Assembly: GCA_020536535.1 (NCBI GenBank)
Contig: JAHLWZ010000079.1
Coordinates: forward strand, 23,469-87,468
Length of the DNA: 64,000 nucleotides
Direction of reading: 5' to 3'
Source of the DNA: Pelomyxa schiedti
Taxonomy: Eukaryota > Protista > Evosea
This document shows positions 35,096 to 46,700 of the stretch, piece by piece; within the stretch, counting starts at the first letter, position 1; every line of letters starts with the position of its first letter. A program made the translations under genes and the position numbers. The notes under the pieces are model-generated. The model was not told where the DNA came from, did not search any database, and was given only the letters and a program-made list of their open reading frames with translations.

Positions 35096-36039
35096 ATGGC
35101 AACATCCACACCTACCGCTACTACTACGTCTCGTTCGTTGCGAGGATCAGAGACAGAGAAGAACCTATTGCGCGCATTTGTGGGTGAGAGTCAGGCCAGG
35201 AACAGGTGAGTGTTGTTTTTTTTTTGTACTGTACTTTGACACATCCCCAGGTATGACCTTATGGCTGGGAAGGCTAAGAAGGAGGGCTTTGTGCAGATCA
35301 TGAAAACATTCGAAGGTAAACGACGTATAGCCAATAATATATTGTACTTGGTACTGACTTGGGCAATACATAAGAAACGGCACAACAGGAGAGCGAGCAT
35401 GCCAAGCGCCTCTACAGTCTCCTTCAGGGCTGTGATCTAGAACTACCCGGCGAGCACTTTGGTGGCCCTTCAATCGGCTCAACACGTGACAATCTCGCCG
35501 CGGCAGTGGGCGGCGAGGATCACGAGGTAAAATGAACTCCAAAAAGAACATATTATCTACATATAAAAAAGTAGTTTGCTGCATATAGTATTGTTTCACC
35601 ATGAATATCATCTTTACATCTTTCTCCAAGGTGGCGGTGATGTATCCAACGTTCGCAAATATTGCTGATACCGAGGGTTTCCCGGAGGTTGCTACTGTGT
35701 TCCGTGCTATCATGATGGCTGAGAAGTACCACTCTGCCAGATTCGCGTGAGCTATTGATTTTTGCGTGGGTTTATTTACCTGATTGGCTGTGCAGGATGT
35801 TCCTGAGGCTTATTGATGAGGGCAGGATTTTCAGGCGTGATGGGAAAATCTACTGGCGCTGTCTCAACTGCGGGTAATTATCCTCTTTTGTTCCTCACGT
35901 TTGGTATTAAGAAAATATCTCTCGTAGGTACATACATGAGGGCGACATGCCACCCGAGAAGTGCCCAGCTTGTGACCATCCCAGGGGCTACTTTGAACCC
36001 CTTGACTTCCCTCGCGAAATGCGCATATCCTTCCCTTAA
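35096..36039 (+). CDS. rbr: Rubrerythrin (di-iron peroxidase plus rubredoxin domain), 6 exons
   Basis: TEKNLLRAFVGESQARNR|Y..AKKEGF..ETAQQESEHAKR..GEDHE|..MYPTFA..EGFPEVA..AEKYH..WRCLNCG|YIHEG..PEKCPACDHPRGYF. Confidence 0.95.
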
Positions 36040-36182
36040 AAAAAAAAAAACCCCAAGTGAACGAAGAGGCTTCTCTTCACAAAGCACATGGGCAATAGAC
36101 AATAAATAAAAGCGGCCTGTTACCTTGCCTCTTCCAAAGTCAAACGAACGTCACGTATTCCTTCCCCCATTTCAAGGAAGTG

Positions 36183-38321
36183 ATGGGGCAAGCGGTACAC
36201 ACGGGTGGCACGCACCCATACAAGAACATTGAGGAGCGAGTAAAACCCAGGGGAGGAATGTCACCCGAACGGTACAGCTGGATCAGGGAGCAACTGCGGG
36301 CACAGTACCGTTGCGATAGCACAAGCAACCCATGCAGGTTTACGCTCAAGCTGTTCGGAGCCGCGGTGGAAGGTGGCCCCCGCGGGGCCCACAGGGCGTC
36401 CAAGCTGGCCGCCGCGACGCCGGTGGGACAGGAGTGCTCGACGTCGTGGTCGCGTTGGAACAACACCCACAAGACCAGCCTCAGCGTCCTCCACGTGTGC
36501 GCACTCCTTGGCCACGTCGACGTGATGGGTGCAATCCTCGGTGCTTGGGCCCAGAGGGCCCCCCCTGCCTCGTCCTCGCCATCACTGCCACAGTCTCCGC
36601 CGTTGCGGCCACTTGATGGACTTGTGACAGATCCGAGGAGGGACGGAGAAGAGCCTGGAGGAGAGATGGAAAACGCCGGCGAAGGAACACAGAGAGCGAG
36701 GGCCGAGAGAGTCCAGTGGCTTGTAGATGGGACCGGGAGTGGCAACTGCACTGCGTTGGTTTATGCTGTGCAAGAGGGAAACATTGGAGCGGCCGAGTGC
36801 CTGTTGCGGGAGTGGGTTGCGGATCCTAGTGTCTTGTGTGACCCAAATTCGGGAAACCCTTTTGTGATTCTACCCAAAGTCCCTGGTACGGACCGGCTAT
36901 CTGTGCTCCACCTCGCTGCGTTCCATAACAATTACGAGATGGCCGAGTTGATACTGTCCTGCTCACATGGCCGGAAACTAGATACGTTGATGAACTCTCC
37001 TGGAGACGGGAAGCTGCGGGCACTTGATGTTGCCATCTACTGTGGGCACATAGAAGTAGTGAGGCTTATACTCGATCCTCGGTGGGGAACAAAGCCCAAG
37101 AAATCTCCATTATTGTTTTGCAGCCGAATTTCTGACAGAGCCGAAATCCTTTCGATATTGTGCCAACATTATACCAAGGGATTGTGCGACGCTTTTATAT
37201 CTTGCCTCAGCAATCCATCTTACTGGAAAGTGCTAATGGCACACCCAAACTTGTCTCAGTGCATAAACATACACTCAAAAGATGGAGCAACACCATTATT
37301 TGCCGCGACCGTACGGGAATACCCGGATATTGCCCTGAAGCTTCTGGATCTTGGTGCGGACCCAAATATTTCATGCCGAGGTTTAACGCCTTACTGGTGC
37401 ACGTTTGAGGAAAATCTGAGAACCCCCATTGTAATGGCTGTAGGGACTAACCAACAATCCTTGGTAAGAGAAATGGCCAGACATGGGGGAATTCTTCAAG
37501 AAGAGTTCTGCCATTTATGGGGGAAAGGTGACCCTCTTTTTTCCCTCGCTTCTTATCTTGATGGTAATTCTAGTGATTTGACGCCAACGAATTCCTAACT
37601 TCCCATTGCGCAAGGATCGTGGGCGGAACACATCAGAGCACAAACTGCATACGAGAGTGAACTTCCACCTGCTCCTGGCCCTCACACGCAACTGCTTTTA
37701 TCTCTTTCCCTCAGTGAAGCAGTTCCCACCGCTACTATTGAGTTCTGCTTTATCTTTTTTTTACCTCTCCTTTACCTTCTGTAGGAACGACCCCTCCATT
37801 ATGTCTTTGCTCATTCATTTTACTCCCGAAATGACCGGTGTGCTGGAGTTTTTGGATATCAAATCTCTTGGGCGCATTCAACAAACATCGCGGTTTTGGT
37901 GTCTCTTTCACACTTTTACACTTATCCCTTTCTCACTACAGCCCCAGGTATCACTTTGGGAGAACCAACTCTTTGTGGAAGGTTTTTTAAGTGCTTTTTG
38001 GCGTTCCTAATTTCTCCCCCTTCCAGTCTGCCCTACTGAATACAAGCCGCTCCTGGGACACTGAGCAGCAATCACACGTTCAGTGGCAAGTTTTGCACTT
38101 GGACACCAATATAAAGGCATGCACACAATTTCCATACTCATACAGCTCACCATACTCAGTGGAAACATGCATGCTTCTACTGGATGGCAAAAAATCTCTG
38201 TAAGGGTTGTAATCTAATGTACCGCAATTATCATCCCGGAACATGTGGGACAGACCCCCAAGGACAACACAAGCCTACAGTATTTATGCCGGAACTTGCC
38301 CAGTTCAAAAAGAAGTCATAG
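36183..38321 (+). CDS. Ankyrin-repeat protein with C-terminal F-box-like motif and small Cys/His tail
   Basis: Ankyrins SVLHVCALLGH, TALVYAVQEGN, SVLHLAAFHNN, ALDVAIYCGH, GATPLFAA, TPIVMAV. In-frame splicing leads to TPEMTGVLEFLDIKSLGRIQQTSRFW|YHFGRTNSLWK and then WKHAC..CKGC..C..H..KKKS*. The 3' exons are predicted only. Confidence 0.7.
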
Positions 38322-38324
38322 TTT

Positions 38325-41300
38325 TCAAGGAGTTTGGATCATTTTAAAGAATTCCTTTCTTGTCATGTGTGGTGGTGTGTGTGTCCCAAATCCTTCTGGA
38401 ATCAGTATTATGTCTGCTGACTGCTCTTCAGAAATCAATTCTCCTTTGCCCTGGAATAAATAAGCTTTTGAAGTATGGATGGCATACTAAACCAAATGTA
38501 TGAGTGTGGTGAACAGTTTTTGAGAATAACTAGGATCGGCTTTGAAAGCCTCTGTGAAGTAAATTTTCTTCCCACTAATAGCGGATTTTGTAGTTTGAAT
38601 TCCGTACCTGTACAAAGAAATGAGTTCTAAGGCATTACGGATCGAGCGGAAGTGAACTTTTTTTCTGGCAATAGGTGGCCTGCCTCCTTTGAGTGGTATA
38701 GCCACTGTGGGCTTATTACCCACCGGCCACCAAGTAGGGAAGCACAGAGTGTTTGTATTGATGCGGTACCGGCTGATGCAACTACGTGTGTAATTGATGG
38801 TTTGAAGCTGTTATCTTCTTGGAGCCTGTGAACATTGAGCTCAATGTGAGGCGAGGTGAAAACATACGGGGTGGCGGAGAAAGATCGCGCAATTTGTGCT
38901 AGGTCTTCCACTTGACTTCTGTCTTTCAGACTAAAGGCAATTACTTTGCTGGGAGTAGCTTCTGCTTCTTTTTCCGATTTGGGAGTGCTATCTTTAGTTG
39001 TGGACTGTGTGTGGGATGTGCTTGCTTCCCCCGGTGCCTTGGGTGCGGAAATAGTTTCATTCCTCCTCCTCTTGGGTGCTGGTCGCTCTGGTGTTTCTAT
39101 CGGAACCGAAGTCTCATTGGTTTCTGTGTCTGACTGCTTTTCTTTCATGCTTTCTTTTTTTCTCTTGCGCTTTCCCTCTTCACGTCTTTCTTTGGCAGAA
39201 GCGAGAATTAGTGCTGCTGTTTGAGTATCAGGTTTTCCAGTGCTCTGACTCTGCTGAGACAAGGGTATTTTATGGGATAGCACAAATTCTTCGCCGTCTT
39301 GCTGGCCTTGCCAGTCTGCCTAAACTAGGATGAGAGTAGCATTAAACATATTTGTACACTACATTTCTTGGCTGATTTGTACAGGACTTTTCAACTTGGA
39401 AACCTTAGAAGGAAAAAAGAAGGGAAGGAAATGTACGGGCCGCAACCGCACTCACAACGGACTGGTGAAAAGCTTCTAAAGGAGCGGAGTAACACACCTG
39501 GTGTTGAACATTCACATTAGCATAGCAAATTAAACAACTTCATACTTGCAAATGCTGGGGAATGATGGACTTGAGTTGTGAGAGTACTGTTATATCAGCT
39601 TGGTCAACAAAGAGATATTTAAATGCGACCTCTACCATAGAAGTATCTGCATTGGTCAACTTTTAAGAAGACCACGGCTACGCCTTACACTTTGGATGAG
39701 ATGCTATGTATTCAAAAAGAGATAAGGCCATTGATGCGTGGCAACTTTCGTTATGGCTTGTGTGGCGTTAGGTCGATGAATGGAAATGGTGCGTTGTTAC
39801 CCTGGGAGATGTGAACCGCTTTTGCCTGTCAACTCACACAAGAAGGCTGACACCTTTTCTATCTCGATGGTGTTTTTGGGGTTTTTAATGTTGTGTGACA
39901 GCACTGCTACTAAGGTAGGAAGGAAGCTGTGAGCAATGACGTCCTGATGCCTACGCTAATGTCATCTTGCGTAAAGGAACCAAAAAGCTCACTTGTCATG
40001 GTTTGGAGTACCATATGCATACTTTCGAAAGAAAACAGATAGACATGTGCGAATGGTCTCTTGCTTTAGCCATGGAGAGAAATATTTGAGTACCAGATTG
40101 GAAAATACATCTCCACAGGATACTGTATCACTGTGCAAGAGCTTAACCAATCCTTCGATAGAAACAGAAGATAGCTCTTCGCTGTCCAAAGAACTAGTAA
40201 AACTCACTATGACATCCAGTGTGCGACCGTTTTCGGTGGAATGTTTGGAGTCTTTTAGCTAGGTGATCAATTAATTTATGCGTAAGGACAAGTATTCAAG
40301 GCTGCATGCATTGGAAGAAATCTTTAGAGGAGTAAGACCGAATGCCAGCATCAAATCTAATACAATCTTTGTGTCTCTGAACAAAATATTGAAAACCCCT
40401 ACTATACTACTTTTAGAGCATGGACTCGAATTGTTGGCAAGTCATTCTCTAAAACTTTCAGGAATAAGAATAAATAGTCCTGTGCATATTTCTTGGGAGA
40501 GTTAGCGATAGAAAAGAAAGTGGGACTTGACCTGCCACAGGAGGCATAAGAGTCCAAGGCATCTTGGTTTGAAGTTACAACAGAACTGTAATGTGCGATA
40601 CTTACTTGATACCCAATGTTCGCACAGTTGGATCAGTGTGGGTTACTGTAGGTAGTACAACGTCTTCTAACAAACTCCCCAGAAGGGGAAGAGTAGAGGC
40701 AGTTGGAGGGTGAGGTGCTCTCTCAAGAAGGGTACAACAAACGTTGCCACAAGCCGTCCACAACTTTGCCTCCTCTGTGGCATCAAGTGCCGGCTGTTGA
40801 CCTTGGGACTGAGACTCACGATCTTGATCAATAGGATCACGCATGTCGGTTATAACTTCTATAACAACTCTTTGGAGCTTGAGTGCTTATATGGCATTTA
40901 TTTATACCTTACGAAATCATCATCATGATAAATAGCCTTCAGAAGGTCCACCGTTGCACCACAGAGAGATTCCGTTTGTGCTGTCTGGGGGAGAAGTTTT
41001 CCTGGAGACAAGTTAGAAACGAAAAGGAACGCATATGACAACTCAGGAGGTTAGACATAGTTCGGCGGTCAATTTCATCACAGAAATCTACTACCTTACA
41101 TGTTCGTAGAATTTGTTCACACACCTTCCAGAAGTTAACGTAATTTTGAGTACGTGTGATACAAAAGGGTCGGCTGTGTATTCTTCAATTAGATCACACA
41201 AGACACTTACACTTGGAAGAATTGTCTCTGCTTGGTCATCCTATGTGGGTAAAAAGAAGCAAAAAAAAAAAAAAGAATATACCATTGGATTATACCGTGC

Positions 41301-42897
41301 CTCACAGTATCCACGCATAAAAATGATGGAAGCAGCAGTAAGTTTGGTAAATTCAAAAATGGGTCCCTGGAAAGAGATGTGTAATATGTATTTGATTACG
41401 CTAGCGTGGCGGTTACATTCTTTGAAAGCTGTATTGTCCATTGAACAAGCCGAGGTTTAGTATCAACACTGGTCTCATTTTGAGCCGGCGCAAGTCCCGT
41501 TGAGCAGCATAACGAGGCAGAGAGAAAAGCACCAAGAATTGTATTCACAACATTCAAACAAATCTCAATGTTGTTTCTAGCATCCAAGTGGTCGAGAACC
41601 TACCAATAAGATAATAATAATTACATTTGGAATATGTGTTCAGAATTCGTAACACACACCTCGATCGGGTTTCCACTAAAATTTTCAATCCAATGTACTA
41701 TCAACTTGACCAGCCCTCCATCCACCGTGTTCCCGGTTTCACTGGAAGACCTAAGTCCCTCCTGTAACAGAGAAACACAGTGTCGGAGCCCAAGTTCTTC
41801 CATACGTACTTGGGATGCTATGATAGAAAAAGCCAATTCTCGAATTTCTGGTATTGCAAAAATTACGTAGCTCACTAAAGAAATAACAAACCAGAATTTT
41901 TGTCTCTTGTCCTTTTTATTATCTCTAATAATTATTATTCTTGTCAGAAAGAGTTTCGAGAAGAGTATATATATATACCAGGAAGAGTCTTTTTGGTAAT
42001 GGGCAGACCTCTGAGAGATTCCAATCTCACAGTCCTTGGACATTGAGGGAAAAAATTACAAAGAGGAGAGTTACGGAGACTGGTCAGCTCTCATTAGTTT
42101 CATTAGCTTTGATGTTATGGGATCAATGTCACTGCGAGGTGTGGGGGGATTATTATTAAACTTTGTGAGAATTTTGACAGCATTCTCCCTGACAGAACTG
42201 AAGGTATCCCTTTTGAGGTGTTTAATTGGAGATAGTCAATAAGTGCACACATTAATCGTGGTGTGACTTTAAGGAGGATTTCACTAGTCAAAGCATCTCT
42301 GTGATTATAAGGCCCAACAATAACTTGTGGTATGAAGAACATACTCAGAGTCAATTGGGACACCTTCATCTATCCCAGTGGTGAGCATCAAAATCAACTG
42401 CGTTGAACGAAATCGGACATACTTGTCCTCCACACCACAAACATCCAGCAATAATCTGCATGAGCGAGTTCCAGTTCAGTCATGACTGTATACAAAGGAG
42501 GCACGAAAACTCACTGGATCAAGCGAACTGCAAAGGTGTGGTTCTTCCACAGGGCAAGTGGGGTATCTTTGTGTCCCCCTCCCACATCAGTGTTGCAAAA
42601 ATTGACCAGGAACTGAAATACTCTCATCAAAGCTGTATTCTAAAGACGGAGACGTAAAGTGGGGAAGTTAGTAGTTGCTTAAACAAAAACCAGTGCAAAC
42701 AAAATGGATCAACCAACATCATGCACAACACACCACACCACGTTGCAATCCAGAAAACCACAAGTACCGCGGGGGAGGTCGCGGGAAACACCATGCCCGG
42801 TGAGAACAGCCGCCAGCTGGCCTCCGCCACCTCCCCATATCCATACTTCCTCTGCAACTTGCACATCTCCCCCAGCGACGCCGCCACCGCCCCGGTC

Positions 42898-42931
<34 letters not shown>

Positions 42932-43283
42932 TGCCCCCCCCTGCCGCCTCCCCTCCTGCCCCCGCCCCTCCTGCCCCGTCTCGCTGCACTGCGTCCAGGA
43001 GGGTCTTGAGGCGCTCAACCAGCGCGGGGTCGTGCTCGGAGGACAGGGAGGCCATCACCTTGCTTGGCGTCACGCCCTTGCTTTTGCTCTTGCCCTTACT
43101 TGGGCTAGTGTTCTTACTCCTGCTGCTGCTCGGGGTGCTCTTGGTGCTGCTGCCCTTCTTCTTGCTGGTGGTGGTGGATGTAGTGGCAGTCGTAGCTGTG
43201 CCGCTCCTACGGGGGGTGCACAGCCACGCCCCTGCATCGGGCTCCGAAAGGGGTGTTGGTCGTTGCCGGTCCTTATCACTCAT
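38325..43283 (-). CDS. NCAPG: Condensin I subunit CAP-G (Ycg1) with C-terminal tandem BRCT domains
   Basis: EDKYVRFRSTQLI, EQILRTCKVVDFCDEIDRR, VVLPTVTHTDPTVRTLGIK|CLGLLCLL, EGLVKLL, RTCLSVFFRKYA, followed by BRCT-like VIAFS..ITHVVA..TLCASLLGGRWVISPQWLYHS and a second GKKIYFT..GKGELI..ADIILI. Confidence 0.85.
42901..42930 (+). repeat. (GCGCCC)5 hexamer repeat encoding Gly-Ala repeats in the CAP-G N-terminus
   Basis: gcgcccgcgcccgcgcccgcgcccgcgccc read directly. Confidence 0.9.
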
Positions 43284-43732
43284 TTGTGGTTGGTTCTTAG
43301 TAGCAAACTACTGGACAGTTCGTTTTTGAGGAGAGGTGACCCCTCGTACCTCCGGGTGGGACTGCTAAAGTGGTCAGCTGAACAACTCCGATTAGATCTG
43401 CAGAATCATGATTGGCCAGAATTTTTTTCCCGCCCGATCTGTCCGCCGGATCCACACAGCATAAAAAAGCAACAGAGCAAGGGGGTGTTCGAGGCGAGGC
43501 ACTGGGACGACCATCGGCTGATTTTTTTTCTTGGGGAGACACACCACAGTAGCGTTGCGGGCAAGCCAGCATCCAAATCGACCTCCAGGGCCACATCCAC
43601 AACAACACAGCAGAGTGAGAACTAAGAGCACCCAGTACTGTTTGCTTTTGTGGTTGTCATCAACATAGCAGGCACAGCAGGGACCACGCACCATCGACAT
43701 CGCAGGCAGGGGACTGACGTCACGAGGGAGTG

Positions 43733-46700
43733 ATGGCATCGCGGCTGGGGGTTGGCGTTGGCGCGGGGGGCAGCGGGGCGCTGGGGAGCGCGAGCAGCGG
43801 CGACGTGGAGTGTCCCGAGGCCTGGGTATATGCCGCCTTCCTCCTTCATCTTGTGTGCTGTGGTTATCCGTTGTGAAGTAATTATGGGGCTGGGTGTGTG
43901 TTGATTGGGGTTTTGTTGTTTGTTGTTTGGGGGGGGGGGTGATGCTAGCATTTTCAAGGATGTGAGGGTGTTGTTTTGCCAAATAATTTGCTGGTTTTCA
44001 TTTACATGTAAAATGTAGGACGTGGGAACTCTTCACCAGTTGGTTTATTTGGGACTGAGTAGGGTCAAATTAACTAGTGACCACCTCACTAGGATTGCCC
44101 AAGCAGATGACCACTATGCCCAAGCCCTTACTGCATCACTCAGGTTCTTTCAGGACAAAGAACCCACCACGTATGGTGCCCCTTTTTCAAAATACCGTGA
44201 TAGGCTTTGAACTACAAGTATTAACATTTAATTCATCAATTCTTGTAGGACTCCAGCTCAGGAATTTGGTGGTTTTTCCATGCTTGGAAAACATGCAGTG
44301 TGTCTCGCAGCAGCCCACAGCAAATTATCTGAAGATATTACTTCACTGGTAAACTTATGTGCTCACTCATCCTCTTAACATGATTTCAGATAGTGCTTCC
44401 CCATGAGAGTTTTCATCAAGATGTAGAGGTGAAGATAAGAGCTTCTCTCGAAACTACATATAAGTTGGCTGCTGATATTAGGAGTGCTCAATTGAAACTT
44501 GACAAAGTGAGTCAAATTAGGAAAGTAATTTTCCTCGTTTTTAACGATGGTTCTAGTCTAAATCTCAGTGGATGAAAGCAAACAAAGATCTTGAAGAACT
44601 CCAAGACAAACCTGAAACATCAAAAGTAGGAAACTGCTTCTAAGTGTACTACTAATAGTGAACAGAAAAAAATGAAGATGGTACAAGAGGTCACGGCCTG
44701 TACTACACAATACCAGCAACAGATTATGGAGTACAATGAATTTCAAATCCGGTGTTGGAACGACTACAGAAAAACTGTCAATGTTAGCCTTGTCTTTTTT
44801 TCAAAATTAGCGAGCTTTGTAATGTTACAACAGGATATTAAAGAGATTTACCAAACCTGTATCAAGGACATCGAACTGCAAATCAAGAAATTATATGAAG
44901 TTTTACTTCATATTTCAACACATGGAAATTCATTTCCCACATAGATACAATGCAAATATGCCCAGCAAATACTATCGGAACTTGAATCAACCCAAACTGC
45001 ACTCGCAATTTCCAATTCTAATGGTAGACGAATCCAGTTTTTAGTTATTAATAGGAAATAGAACTTGATCAATTTACGGCAACAAACAAGGCGATGCAAC
45101 AACTGCCTCAGCCAGTCCAATTTGTAAATTATCAGGTATTCTCTTGTATGCTGTCATTATACAAAAATTGTTCTAAATGGAATCTTCTCCAGGCACAGAA
45201 GAAGTCCAAGTTTTTGAAGTTCGGACATAAAAAAGGTAAAATGGAAGCGTTTGGGGTATCTATTGAGGATCTACTTGCACGGCAGAAAGAAGCTTACCCC
45301 TCCCTCAAGGTTTTTTTTTTGTTTGTGTGCGTTTGGCTTTTATCAACTGATTATTAGGTTCCTCTGATACTTGTTTTACTCCGTGACACTGTGCTTGAAA
45401 TTGGAGGTATACTTACCACAAAAAAAAAAAGTAACACTGAACGATCTCCGCAGGTCCCCTTACTGAAGGAATCTTCAGGTTGCCAAAAAGACACAATTCT
45501 GATTTTTAATTTTCTTCTAGAATTTCAGGAGCTGCATTGGAAGTGCAGCAGTATCGTGAGTCATTCAATGATGGTGATTTCCGTGTACCTGAGGATATGT
45601 GTGTGCATGTTGTGTGCTCCCTTTTCAAACTGTTCTTACGGGAACTTCCTGCACCGTTGATACCCACGGAATTATAGTATCTTTGACCCCCACGAGATTC
45701 CCATTAACATTACTTCAGTGTTACATTTATGCAAGATGATTTTGTGAGGCAGATTGCCGAAGATACTGCGGAACATCTTGTATTTGAGAAGCTGCCGCCT
45801 GCTCACAGGGACACATTTAAGTTTCTACTTCACTTCATCGCATTTCTGTCTCAGTATGAAGCTGTCACAAAAATGACTGTGGATAACTTGTGTAATTGCT
45901 TGTTTAAAATCCACATACCACTGAAATCTAGCTAGGCCTCATCTTTTCGCAATGTCTTCTCCAGCGACCATCTGGCCTTGACCCAATGACGGGACTCCGT
46001 CTATGTGACGTAGAAAAGCATTTTCTGGCCGCATCCATACGAGCACTCACCCAGTCAAATCCACCTTTGAAACCTAACTTACCACCACCACCACCGCCAA
46101 ACAGCACACCAGCTCCCCCACCAACACATACACGTGACGACACAGTAGCAGCCTGGCAAAAACAGCAAAACTCCATTTGGGGCTCAGTTGAAGCTCTAAA
46201 ACCAGTAATGGGTGGGACTGAGGAAGTATATACAGGACTTGGGTTCCCTAAGGCCCCAGCAAATACCTTTGTTAAGGTACAAACAATCTAACCAATTAAT
46301 GATTAACCACGCAACAGGTACACCTCAAAGGGAAAAAAAAGAATAGTGATGATCCTGACCTGTCTCCTCGAGAAGGAACACCCAAGCACAGTCACTCACA
46401 CCGCAGTTCGACCGACTCAAAGTCAGTTAACACCACGCCGACAAAGGAGGCAATGCCCAAATTGAGTTCACACAGAGAAAATCTTCGTGGATCATTCTTT
46501 ACTGATGACGATATCCCTACTCGTTTAGCTTCAACATCAGGTGAGCAAAATTTCTCATCAAGCAAACACTTGAGTATGGCTGTGAGGAAAAAGCCAATGA
46601 AAGGCAGTGACCTTCTCTCTCTATTTGGAGGTTTAAAAAAGTCTTCTTCACAAGACAAAGGCTCCCTCTCTGCCTCATCTGACAACATACAACTCCCTCC

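Noticed and set aside
35090-35103. RFX X-box-like GTCGCCATGGCAAC
   Set aside because: It overlaps the rubrerythrin start codon and is explained by the gccATGG context plus Ala-Thr codons; this is not a ciliary gene.
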